From positions 6,200,001 to 6,264,000 of the forward strand of contig CM035362.1 in the NCBI GenBank assembly GCA_020137815.1: 64,000 nucleotides of DNA. Direction: 5' to 3'. The first letter of the stretch is position 1. Each line of letters opens with the position of its first letter. Shown piece after piece: positions 24,425 through 38,200 of the stretch. Source of the stretch: Hormiphora californensis (taxonomy: Eukaryota > Animalia > Ctenophora). Below the pieces are notes generated by a model. The model was not told the origin of the DNA. It did no database searches and saw nothing but the letters and a program-made list of their open reading frames with translations. A program made the position numbers and the translations under genes.

Positions 24425-26622
24425 ATCACTATATTCTAGTGTCTGCATCATTGTGTTCTGGTTTGTGTGTGTACCACCTGGCTGTGGTGGTGTCAATCAT
24501 TTTACTGTGATCACTCTGTGTTTCATAGTACCTACATTTTGATATTGACCCTTTTTGTAGAACCATGATTGAACCAGTTTCATTGCATAATGCATATATT
24601 TAATTACTTTATTTTGATATATTGTTTTTAGTTATCGATCGTTAATTGCTTCTGCAGGTATTGTTGGAGGTGTATTGTATCCAATTACCTACTAATACAC
24701 GATAGACACGATAGTGTTCATGGGATACCATTTTAAATTCTTTTGCGGTTTACTCAAATCGGTTTCTTGCTACGTGTGCTTGTATTTATATCGGCTGAGT
24801 ATTTAACTCTTTGAAGTTTTGTTTTTCTTCCTTGTTGTTTCAGCTCTCTCAGCTCACTCCTCCTCTCATTCCTTGTTATTTGTCCTGGTTCCTCTCATTC
24901 TTTGCTCTATCATTTCTTCCTCTCATTCTTTGCTCTATCATTTCTTCCTGGTTCCTCTCATTCCTTGTTATTTGTCCTCGCATTCTTTGCTCTATCATTT
25001 CTTCCTCTCATTGCCTTCCTGTTTGGTCACACTTTTATCCCCCTCTCATCCCTACTCCCATCCCTCGAATGAGTGTTACACAATCATATTGCCAGGTCTT
25101 TACTGCAGAGAGAGAGAGAGGGGGGCACACTTTGCAGAGGGTGTGACACGTCATCATCATTACTTTGCAGCAGCAGTAGGAAGGTGGGCTATCAGTGATA
25201 TCTCTCTCACTCTCTCTGTACTCTATCTTGAGACTTATTTACTCATTTTTGTAGTCATTCTTTGTATCAACTTGCTTGTTGCCCCTTCAATCTAGGAATT
25301 TGAATAACCGTGCTAAGTAGTTTGTTAGTTCCAACGTCACGAACGGGTCTGCCGCTTCTGTCTTCTTTTGTTACTCCTTTTAGTTCCATCTCTCTATCTC
25401 TCTCTCTCTCTCAGATCTCTATCTGTACACTTAGAACAATAGGTTCTCCATTATAATAATAGTGAACACTCTCAGAAGTGATACACACAGTCTCACATCT
25501 TGTTTGTTGTCTCAGAAGTGATATACATCACACAGTCTCATATCTTATTTTGTTGTTTCTCTCTCCGTTTGGTTTGGTAGTTTGTTTTGGTTTTGCATCA
25601 TACTATCTGTTTACCATGATCAGCGGGTAATTCTGGGGAATCATCAAAATATTATTGATAAAATATCTTCGTGATATATTATATTTTGAGTGTTGCACAA
25701 TAGGTCCTTAAGAGTGATCAGGTTTCAGTCCTCATTGTGTGTGCTGCTGTGATTGTGTAATGTGTCGCTCGTTTTAGCATTTCCATTTGAGCGAGATTAG
25801 ATCTACCATCTAGAGTAAAGTCAACCCCAAAAATTGAAAACACCAAACCGTGAAAAAGTGGCCCTATACACTAGTTTTCCCTGCTGCTAGATAGATATAG
25901 GGTATTGTGTGTATTAACGTGGTGAGATATCTCTCATCATCAAGTCCCCCTCATGAAAGAGTGAGAGAGTCTGTAACCAGCAGAGAGAGTTTGTTACATT
26001 AACTAGAGAGAGAGGGAGAGTTTGTTACATTAACTAGAGAGAGAGAGAGAGTTTGTTACATTAACTAGAGAGAGAGGGAGAGTTTGTTACATTAATTAGA
26101 GAGAGAGACAGTGAGAGAGTGTGGTAAATGTGTAACCAGCAGCATGGGTATTGAGATAGTGAGATCGTTACTTTTACTAAAGAGAGAGAAAGAGAGAGAG
26201 TCACATAAAATAAACTACTACAGCAGGGGATAATGTGAAAGTGAGAGAGAAGGAGAGGGATATAAAGAGAGAAGTGAGAGAGAAGGATAGAAATATAAAG
26301 AGAGAAGTGAGAGAGAAGGATAGAGATATAAAGAGAGAAGTGAGAGAGAAGTGAGAGGGATATAAAGAGAGAAGTGAGAGAGAAGGATATAAGAGATATA
26401 AAGAGAGAAGTGAGAGAGGGAGGGATATAAAGAGAGAAGTGAGAGAGAAGGATAGAGATCATATAAAGAGAGAGAAGGAGAGTGTTGGAAAGAGATGGAT
26501 GAGTCTGTAGTGCGTATATTGTAAGGGTGGGGCCAACTACATGAAGAGTTCTCTGTTCATTTTATTTTCGGTCAATCTCTCTCTCTCTCTCTCTCTTTCT
26601 TTCTCTCTCTCTCTCTCTCTCA

Positions 26623-26687
<65 letters not shown>

Positions 26688-29166
26688 CTCTCTCCTCTCT
26701 CTCTCTCTCTCTATAATATATCTCTGTTGCACCATAAGCTTTTCAGCTGTTCTCAAATCCTTATTTGGTCATTCTCTCTCTCTCTCTCTCTCCTGATCCT
26801 CTCTCTCCCTGTTGCACCATAGCACTTCTTTCTAGAGTAACTGTTTGGATTTCTGTGACCCTCATACTTTTAATAATTATTATCAAAAGATTAATCTCGT
26901 TATATTAGTGATCTGCTTTTGACAAACCATCTTGTTTCTCTTTGCTATCGTACCTTGTGGTCAAATTATTGTGTGAGAGAGGCATCCTTCTCGCCCCTTC
27001 ATTTGCTTTACCAGCTAGTAGTATCTTGGTACTCAGTTCTCACAACTACACCCAATGCTAGTTTAGTTCCATGCTAAACCAATTATTGACAGTACACTAC
27101 CTCATATAGCTCACACCTACAACAGTACACTATCTCTCCTCCTATAGCTCAGGACACCTACAAGATGCGGTACAACGCCCCTAACGCAGTGAAAACATTC
27201 TATACCCGCAGCCCCACTTCCTCTCCAGACCCTTCCACATCAGATGCCTCAAAAAGAGGCTCCTCCACCTCTGGAATACCCAAACCTGTTAAGCCAGAAT
27301 CAAGAAGGACCGGTATGAAACCTATTAGACCTAAAAAGTTTTCATCGCCCTCTAAGATGGTGGAGGCTCCACCCCGATGGCCTGTTGACCTTCCCATCGA
27401 TGATCTGGTCGATAGGACTCCCTCCCCTGGGTGCGAAGATACACAATCATATATAACTCCCTCACCTGAAGATACACAATCACTACTGTCTGAGTACTCC
27501 TGTACACTGGAATCCCTACCTGAACTCAATGAAGAGGAGGAGTGTGATAACAATGAATCTTTACATTCAGTACCTGAGAATATTAACACTGCCAGGAGAA
27601 CACCAGAAGAAGCTGTCATGTTCCCAGAGATGAGGAACAAGAGCCCCTCATCCCCTGCAGAGGTGTTAGATATGTGTAATGGTAGTTCTGAGAGGAGTTA
27701 TGTTCTGCCAAGTGAACGGATCCGGAACTCAATGAAAGAATCAAAGTTTTCTAGTTCACCACTCTCCCCAAGAACAACCAATCAGAGCTCGTTATTTAGG
27801 TCACGTGACCGGTCATCAGCCAATCAGGGACCAGTATTACCAGAATCAAAGTTTTCTAGTTCACCACTCTCCTCAAGGAAAAGTAGTGTGGAAAAGTTTG
27901 GGCTACAAAACTCCAAATCTAGTGACTTCCTATCAGTAAATCGATCACCTGGGTACCCACTAAAAAACTCCAAATCAAGTGATAGGATAGGTCTGAAAAA
28001 CTCTAGGTCATCAGATAGACTAGCTGGACTGAAACATTCAAAATCATCGGAAAGGCTGAGATGTTCCAATGAGAACTTGTGCCCTAAATCTCAGCTTAGT
28101 GATCATTTAAAATATGGTATATTTGGTGAAATATACCGTATTGGTGGTGGAGGTAGCGGTATGATAAAGAGGTCCAAGTCTAATGTATCAGTTGGATCGA
28201 ATGATTGTGATATTGAGGTGAGAGAAGGTGTTTCATCTGAGGGTGATTCCTGATAAGGTTGAGGTTGGGTTATATATTGTAGGTAACAGGAATGCAGTAG
28301 TATCAGATGTACGAAACTGTCAGGTACAGGTTAGATAGAAATGAAAAAAACATAACATGTGTCTAACATGAATCTAACATGTGTCTAACATGAATCTAAC
28401 ATCTGTCTAACATGAATCTAACATGTGTCTAACATGAATCTAACATGTGTCTAACATATGAATCCATCCTTCAGTTATCTGCGACGTGTCAAAAGTTACA
28501 GAAACAAAATGAAAAGCTCCAGGTAATTCCAGATTGCAGAAGTTAATGTTTGTTTGTGTGTACTGGGACAATGTATATGTTTTGTTGGAGCGGGAGAAAG
28601 TAAGCTAAGTATGGGGGGTTTGTGTACACTGTTTGTACATTGTAGAAGCCTCGCATTACTGCACACACACACACTGAGCACAATTTACAACAGAAAGGGA
28701 AGGGAGCAGCATGCTTTCAGGGGGAAGGATGTTCACACACAGAAATAGTGGGAGACACTAGCGTGGTATGCGCAAAAAAATGCGCGCCACACCAATTTCG
28801 TTTTTCAAAAAAACTCGCAAGAAAAAGCGTTTCAACATCGACTTTTCATGTTTTGGCTCATAACTCCTTTTCCTGATTAGATAAAGACTTCAAACCTTCA
28901 CCATTCGATGGGGCTTGAAATTCCCTTTTTTGAAAAACGAAATTGGTGTGGCGCGTATTTTTTGCGCGTACCACGCTAGTGTCTCCCACTAAACACTATT
29001 ACCTTTATATTGCGATCACTTCCATCCCCACCAGTCTCATCATTATTGCATGATTTCAGACTTGTCTAACTGCCAGCCAAGATAGGGCTATCAAGAAGAT
29101 CAACACTCTGAAGACGCAAACTGTAAGCACTCTTTTTATCTTTCTATCATCATACTTTTTGACTTG

Positions 29167-29256
<90 letters not shown>

Positions 29257-32200
29257 TTTCCCTTCTTTTCTAACTCCCTTACTATTTCTCAGAGTGTAGC
29301 AATTGATGAATCTAGAGAGATGAGGGACAGTCTTGTTGAGAGAGATGAAAGGATAACGACTCTAAAAGATCAACTAGTGAATCTGTCTGCCATGGGAGGA
29401 TTCTCTGACACTGAATCTATAAGTAGGTCACAATTTGTAACAGTTTGTCACTTTGTCACTTTGGGGGTGTCTGTCTGTTTGTCACCTGGTCTGTCCGCCA
29501 TGGGAGGATTCTCTGATACTGAATCTATAAGTAGGTTACAATTTGTCGGGGGGGGGCGGGGGGGCGGGGTGGAGGGGCGGGGGAGGGGCGGGGGGGGGGG
29601 GGGGGTTGTCTGTCTGGGGGGGGGGGTGTCTGTTTGTTTGTCACCTGGTTTGTCAGCTATGGGAGGATTCTCTGACACTGAATCTATAAGTAGGTTACAA
29701 TTTGTTAGTCTGTCACCTAGTTTGTCACCTGGTTTGTCAGTAGGTGATAGATAGTGTGGTTGTCAATAATGTTTGTTTGTCTGTTTGTGAATCTTTGTCT
29801 GCTAAAACATTTTAACATGACGTGCTGAATACATGTTATTAACATATAGTTGACCCATTAACGTCATAATATTACACAACCCGGCTCCCTTTGTGTGTCG
29901 TTCATGTAAATGTGTGTGTGTGGCGGCATTATAATACGCAGAGGTAGATTTTGTAGGACGTTATATTTCGGAGAGGTTTGGTTTTACAGCAGTTCGCTAA
30001 TGGAAGAGAGTGGAGGAGAGATAGTTGCAATTTGCAAGATGGATTATACCCTGTATTCACCACGGTGGGCGGACTCTAGTGCTAACGGACTCTTTATCTA
30101 AATCCAAGGCGGACTCTATATCTAAAAACGGACTCTTTATCTACAGTTAGACTTTGAAAAAAGTTTAGATAAAGAGTCCTCCCTGTGTAGACTTTTTAGA
30201 TAAAGAGTCCGCCCTGTGTAGAATTTTTAGATATAGAGTCCTCTAGTACATTTTGGCGCCAAATCCTCCAACCCGGACTCTATGTCTAAAATCCTAACCC
30301 AACCCAAAACCTAACCCTAACACTAACCCTAACCCTAACCTCGAACCCAAATAACGGCCCTAACACTTCTAAATTAGTATAGGGGTAGAGCAAACTCTCG
30401 TTTCCGGCCTAACGGCCGAAATCTCGAGTTCGCGGCGAAAGGCGGACTCTATATCTAATTTAGATTTATGTAGATATAGAGTCCACTTTGTTTAGACTTT
30501 TTAGATAAAGAGTCCGCCCTGTGTAGACTTTTTAGATAAAGAGTCCTCCTAGAGTTTAGAATTATTTGGACTCTTTATCTAAATCTAAATTTAGATATAG
30601 AGTCCTCTTTAGACTTAGAGTGTAGCACTAGAGTCCGCACACCATTCACCACCCACCCCCAGCCCCTGTGTTCACCCCCACTCCACCCCCACTCACTCCA
30701 CGGCCCACCCCACCCCCAGCCCCTGTATTCACGGTTCACCCCACCCCCACCCCCTGTATTCACCCCTCCCCCAGCCCCTGTATTCACCCCCACCCCCATC
30801 CCCTGTATTCACCCCACCCCCACCCCCTGTATTCACCCCTCCCCCAGCCCCTGTATTCACCCCCACCCCCATCCCCTGTATTCACCCCCAGCCCCTCCAC
30901 CCACCCCCCTTTTCACTCACCCCCAGCCCCTGTATTCACCCCCATCCCCTGTATTCACCCTCACCCCCACCCCCATGCATTCACCCTCACCCCCACTCAC
31001 CCCACCCACCCCCAGCCCCTGTATTCACCCCACCCCCAGCCCCTGTATTCACCACCCACTCACCCCCACTCACCCAATCACCCCTCCCCCCACTCCACCC
31101 CCTGTATTCACCCCTCCACCCCTCAGTGTCAGAAGCCAGTGAGGCTGGTGATATGATAACTGAAGCATTGAGAAGGAGGAACGCCAGACTAAAGGACAAA
31201 ATGCACCGTCTGGAGGAAGTGTTAGCAAAGTGTAAAATTACAATTCAAAATGGAATCGAAACTACAACTGCTCTCACTATGGAAAAAGTATGTTACATTC
31301 TTCTTCTTCTTTTTCTGGGTGAAATTCACGTTGAGCTATTGGTCTTGTTTTCCACATTGAACAGTGGGTCTGGCACATCTTGATTTAAATTACGATACTT
31401 AATATCCAACTCCCGTCAATAAACAAACTCTCCCACCCCCTACAGGAGACGCTACAGCGGGAGTTGGACAAGGTAACAGGAGGTACTAATAGTGGTAACG
31501 TGCTGGTTGATGTTAGCACGGATAACACTGCCCCGCTTCAATACAGAATAGGTGAGATAGATAACAGGGGTAGATAACAGGGATCAGAGAGAAATATAGG
31601 AGAATAGGTGAGAGATTTGACAGGGGAGATAACAGGGGGAGATAACAGGGGTCAGGGAGAGATATAGAAGAATAGGTGAGAGATAAAACAGGGGTAGATA
31701 ACAGGGGGAGATAACAGGGGTCAGGAGGAGATAACAGGGGGAGATCACAGGGGAAGTGATATAGTATGTATATGATGATCAAACAGTTACCATTATATTG
31801 TTTATCTCAGTTCTCGTATTTAACCACTATTCCCTCACCAGATGAATTAGAAGTGGAACTGGAAGGTCTCCGCTCAACTCTCTCTGCTCGCGATACAGAC
31901 CTAACAAATGCACGTGCTGAAACCCAAACTGCACGTGCTGAAACCCAGACACGGTCAGAGGAGGTGTGTCAATTAGTTAGTGAGGTTGAGAAACACAAAC
32001 GAGATGCGATGGGTCTCACTTCCGAGATGGATTTAGTGAGACAGCAGCTGGTTGAAACTCAGGAGAGGGCGAGGGATGCGGTTACAAGGGAGGGAGAGGA
32101 GAGGAACAGGAGAGAGGAAGGGGACAGGATGGTTGGTGAGTTAGAGGTGTTCAGAGGACGGTTTGAAGAAGCTGAGAAGGAGAGGGAGAGGTTAGCAACT

Positions 32201-35200
32201 GTTCTACATGACAGGGATGTTAACAAGGTAAAAGCCCCCCTCCCTTAAACAGTTCTCAGTGCTGTGATTTTCCTAATGAATTTTAAAACTTGTATCTTGT
32301 CAAAACTATCAAGCATGTACATACACATTGATCACTTCTAAAACTCGGAACTCAATTCTTGTGCTGTATTGATAACTTTGCCGTCGTTACTTTCACACTG
32401 ACACATTCACATTACATTCTCTAATTCCCTAACTCCCTAACTGCCTCCCTAATTATATATGGTGGGCAGTAGTGTTTACAAGCTCCCTAACTCCCCCTCC
32501 CCAGGCGATGGAGGTCCAGGATTTAAAAAGGGAGCACTCTGAGCAAGTTCAGCTGTTGAACAGTAAAATATCAAGTCTAAAACAGGACCTGGACACCTCT
32601 CACCGCAACCTAGACCTTCTAAAGGTACTCCAATAGTAATTAGTAGGGGTTGCAAGAACTTGGATACAGCCGGACCGTAACCCCGTGCTACTATAATAAT
32701 ACCCTACTAAGCACCCCAATTAATTAATTAATTAATTATTAATCTTATCGACAGGATAGTGAGAACTCGCTCCAAGATCTGCTAGAGGAAATGTCAGGTC
32801 TGCGATCTGAGTTAGAGAGGCTAGCCACCGAGAACACATCGTTATGTGAGACAATATCTGGGCTAGAGGAGAGGATTGAGGAGGGACGAGGGTGTGCTGT
32901 AAAGGGAGACGAGGAGAAGAGAAAGCTGGAGGGGACAGTTGAGGAGTAAGTTGTTATGTTTGTTTGTTTGTTTGTTTGTGTGTGATACACTGTGTACCCG
33001 GAAAGGGGAGGTTGAAACCCCCCAACCCACCTGAGAAGTAGTAGTGTTGCTTACCGATGTACTGAATGAACGACTACAACTTCGACGACGTTCATGTCCA
33101 AACTATGCTGGCCATAATAACTAAGACACGTTACTACTAATTATTCCCATAACTAAGACTACTAATTATTCCCAGGCTTAGAGAGAGGGTTGAGGAGTTA
33201 TCGAATGATCTTAGAACAGGCAGTGAAGAGATGGAAAAGGAACGGGCCCACTGGCAATCTAGGGTAAGAGGCATAACTCGTCAATTACATCATACCTCAT
33301 ACCTCACACCTTACTAATCCACAGCTGACCTCTTACCTCATACCTTACCCATCTCACTCATACCTCATGTACCTCGTACCTCACCTCTACTATCTCTCCC
33401 TGCAGCTACAAGAACTGGAACACAGCCAGATCACTGAGCGAGAGAGCATGGAAGATACACACAGATCCCAGATAGCACCATTCAAAAGTAAAATCAAGGA
33501 ACTGCAGGGAACCATTGAACAGCTAAAAGGTAATAGTGGACAGGGAGACTAACAATTAGCGCTAATTAACTCACCACTCTACTTAGTAACATTGCTAAAT
33601 AATTGTGTTATTTACCAGTGTTACTATTGCAATTATTGCACCCTCAGAAAATAAAGAGGAACAGGATCAAGAAATATCAGATCTGACCCGGCATGTTTAT
33701 GAAAGCAACAGTGACTGTGCACAGCTCAGCGGTGAGGTGACCTCTCTTCAGAACAAACTGGCAACCTCCGAGAAAACCGTCACTCTACTTCAGGTAATAC
33801 CTTATATATGGGCATTTAATGACGTCGTCATACATACCCATATATGGGCATGTGGGACTGCTAATAAACCACTCCCGGGTAATGGGTATATCAGACACGC
33901 CCCAGATTGTTTACCAAGAGTAGTACCTCACTTCACATGTGCGTGATATCAATTACACGTGACACATATCTATCAGTAATCACACGTGACATTGTCACAG
34001 TGACACAAACTGAGGGACTAGATCTTGGGTTTCAGGATTTATACTTGCTATTATAGTTGCTAATAATGCGTCCCCCGTTCTGTTTTCCTTTAAATACTCA
34101 ACAGATTAGTGGATGTTGGTGCTGTACAGTTGTAAGTGAGGTATTATAGCACCCCATTAGGTGTGGTATGTAGTAGTAGTAGTACATAGTACAGTTCTAA
34201 GTGAGGTATTATAGCGCCCCATTAGGCCATATGTAATGGAACTACATACCTCACTTGATACATTCTCAAATTACAAGTTACATTCTTATCTTCCTCAGGT
34301 TCCACTAGATACCTATTATCATCCCTTTCCCACACACACATATCCCATACAAAGACACATACATCCCACACATACCCCCTATCCCACACACACACACACA
34401 CATACCCCCTATCCCATACAAAGACACATACCCCCTATCCCAAAGAAACTGTTCTTTTTCTCTGTCCGACTTTCGTTTGTCGTGTTCGAGTTTCGACCCA
34501 CCGTCCCCTAAAATAAAAAGGGTTTGAACAAGACAAACTTTCGTAGGTCACTGACAACTCCAGCAGCTCTATCAATTTAACGTTCCTCCTTTCTCTCCCA
34601 GGAGTCGGTAAACAAGAAAACAACAGAGTCAGCAGAGTTATCAGAAGCTCTCTCTACCACTAAAGACGCTCTTTCAGCCACCAAACTGACCAACACAGAA
34701 CTACAATCCCAATACGACACCATCTCTGGTCATCTCTCATCAGTTACAGTGGAGAGAGATGGGCTGAGTGGGGAGAAGGCAGATTTGGAACAGCTAGTTG
34801 CGGATCTAAGACGGAAGATTGGAAATGCTACTGAAGAGAGTAACATGAGGTGCACTTTACAATTATTAATTATCAGTTTCCTGCTCCACATCTCCCCCAT
34901 CTTGAAATGAAACCCCCCCCCCCCCTCTTGCAACATTTCCTCAGTGCATCTCAGCAGGTTTTATACCACTGCGCGCGCAGTAACCACCTTACTATGGAAT
35001 GCTGCAGTTGTAAGCAGTGGGGCTGCGCGCCACTTTATTTTGCTGGCACAAATTACATTGTGTTCACTTACACTCACACTGCCTGGTATGTGGATCATAT
35101 CTAACATACAGCATGCTTGGCTATGATATTATCGCTTGCAATTCAGAGATCAACCCACCCTTCACCCCTTGTTGACCATTACACTTGACTAAACCTCACC

Positions 35201-38200
35201 TGACCCTGACCCCCACACTGTTCGTCATCTCCTCACCCACCCTGACAATGTTCCCCATCTCTCTAGATGTGCTCAACTGGAACAGTCCATTGATGACGTA
35301 ATAAGATCTCGTGACGACATCACTTCTCAACTGAAAGGGGCAGAGGGAAGGAACGAGGAACTACAGAACCAGTTACAATCACTGCAAGAAACGGTTGCCA
35401 ACAATACAAGTGGTAGGTGTTATAGTTCAGTAACTACATGTGTAGACAGCGACATGTGCTATCTGTCTCAATACTCGGCTTACCTCTCTGCGTATATGTG
35501 TGTAGTTCTATCATGTTGTGATACTGTTTACTGAAGTTTGTAATTTGTTGTGTGCTAGTGTTGTGATACTATACTGCTTGGAGTTTGTGTTGTGTAAGGC
35601 ATGCCTTCCGCCTCAGTGGTGTGGACAGGTAAAATGATAAGTACCCCTCTCCCAATTAGTTACTCAGTTACTTTGTTATTTGTATCATTTCCAGTTTTCC
35701 TTCCACTTTCTGATCTCTCAAACCCTCTCTCATCTCTATCATCCCTTTTCTTATCTCTCTCTCCAGGCAGTGAGGTGTTATCAGAGCAGAACAAGTTGTT
35801 ACATCTCAGATCTCTCTCTCTCTCTGATCCCCTCTCTCTGATCCCCTCTCTAATCCCTGATCCTCCTTTTCTTATCTCTAATCCAGGCAGTGAGGTGTTA
35901 TCTCTCATCCCCTCCCTCCCTCCCTTTCTCCAGGCAGTGAGGTGTTATCAGAGCAGAACAAGTTGTTACAGGGACGAATTAATGAGCTCCAGGATAATAA
36001 CAATACCCTCACACAAACAAACAACCAACAATCTCAGTCCCTTGATAAACTTAAGCAGGTAATACAGTCGGACCCCGATTTAACGGCACCCTCGGGGGAA
36101 AGGGTTTTGTCCGTTAAATCGGGGTGTCCGCTAAATCGGGGTCAAATGCTGTTAATTTCCTATATCGGGGGAAGATTATGCTGCCGTTAAATAGGGGTGC
36201 CGCTAAATCGGGGGCCGTTAAATCCGGGTCCGACTGTATGTCATTTTCTGATGCCACGGTTTATTATTTACTCAATCTGACCTACCAACCTTTAAAACTA
36301 ACTTGCAGGACAACACATTGCCCCTTGTTATGTTCTAACCCTCCCTTTACATTTGTAAAACCTGCGAAACAAGGCCTAGCAAATTGCCCCCATACCCACT
36401 GGGCCAAATGAGCAAACAATATACCCCACCACAACATCTCCATTCTCCACCCCTATACCCCACAATGTACCCCACAATGTACCCCACAATATGTACCCCA
36501 CCACAACATTCTCCACCCCTATACCCCTCTTTATAGGATGTGTTGAGACTAGAGGAGCAATTAGCTGCCTCTGAGGGTCACTTTGTCAAGACTAGACATG
36601 AACTGTCTGACACGATCTCGGAACTCAAGATGAAGGTGGAGGAGAGAGAAAATGAAAAACTGGGCATCTCAGATGAGGTATGTGTTTTTAGTTCAGATTC
36701 TGTGCAACAATACAACTTCTGAAGTGTTGTATAGTTGCACTACACTACCACCATGTGTTGTATAGTTGCACTACACTACCACCATGTGTTGTATAGTTGC
36801 ACTACACTACCACCATGTGTTGTATAGTTGCACTACACTACCACCAAGTGTTGTATAGTTGCACTACACTACCACCAAGTGTTGTATAGTTGCACTACAC
36901 TACCACCATGTGTTGTATAGTTGCACTACACTACCACCATGTGTTGTATAGTTGCACTTCTACCACCATGTGTTGTATAGTTGCACTACACTACCACCAT
37001 GTGTTGTATAGTTGCACTACACTACCACCATGTGTTGTATAGTTGCACTACACTACCACCATGTGTTGTATAGTTGCACTACTACCACCATGTGTTGTAT
37101 AGTTGCACTACACTACCACCATGTGTTGTATAGTTGCACTACACTACCACCAAGTGTTGTATAGTTGCACTACACTACCACCAAGTGTTGTATAGTTGCA
37201 CTACTACCACCATGTGTTGTATAGTTGCACTACACTACCACCAAGTGTTGTATAGTTGCACTACACTACCACCATGTGTTGTATAGTTGCACTACACTAC
37301 CACCAAGTGTTGTATAGTTGCACTACACTACCACCAAGTGTTGCATAGTTGCACTTCTACCACCAAGTGTTGTATAGTTGCACTACACTACCACCAAGTG
37401 TTGTATAGTTGCACTACACTACCACCATGTGTTGTATAGTTGCACTACACTACCAACATGTGTTGTATAGTTGCACTACACTACCACCATGTGTTGTATA
37501 GTTGCACTACACTACCACCATGTGTTGTATAGTTGCACTACTACCACCATGTGTTGTATAGTTGCACTACACTACCACCATGTGTTGTATAGTTGCACTA
37601 CACTACCACCATGTGTTGTATAGTTGCACTACTACCACCATGTGTTGTATAGTTGCACTACACTACCACCATGTGTTGTATAGTTGCACTACACTACCAC
37701 CATGTGTTGTATAGTTGCACTACACTACCACCATGTGTTGTATAGTTGCACTACACTACCACCATGTGTTGTATAGTTGCACTACACTACCACCAAGTGT
37801 TGTATAGTTGCACTTCTACCACCATGTGTTGTATAGTTGCACTACACTACCACCATGTGTTGTATAGTTGCACTACACTACACACCATGTGTTGTATATT
37901 GCACCACACCAGGGGGTGTTGTTGACTACCTACCCCCGTGTTTTATAGTTCATACACTACCCCATGTTTTATGTTGACACCACACCAATGTTTGATAGTT
38001 TCATACACTACCACCCAAATGTTTTATAGTTGCACTAACCACCCGTGTTGTTTTGTTGCTACCCCCACCATGTGTTGTATATTGCACTACATACACCAGT
38101 TTGTTGTTGCACTACACACCACCAAGTGTTGTATATGCACTACCCACCAGTGTTTTTAGTTGCCTACATACCACCCTTGTTTATATTGACTACCACCCCC

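Noticed and set aside
27165-28253. Independent nested intronic gene
   Set aside because: It is on the same strand as the golgin with phase-compatible acceptor and donor, so it is treated as an alternative exon; not fully excluded.
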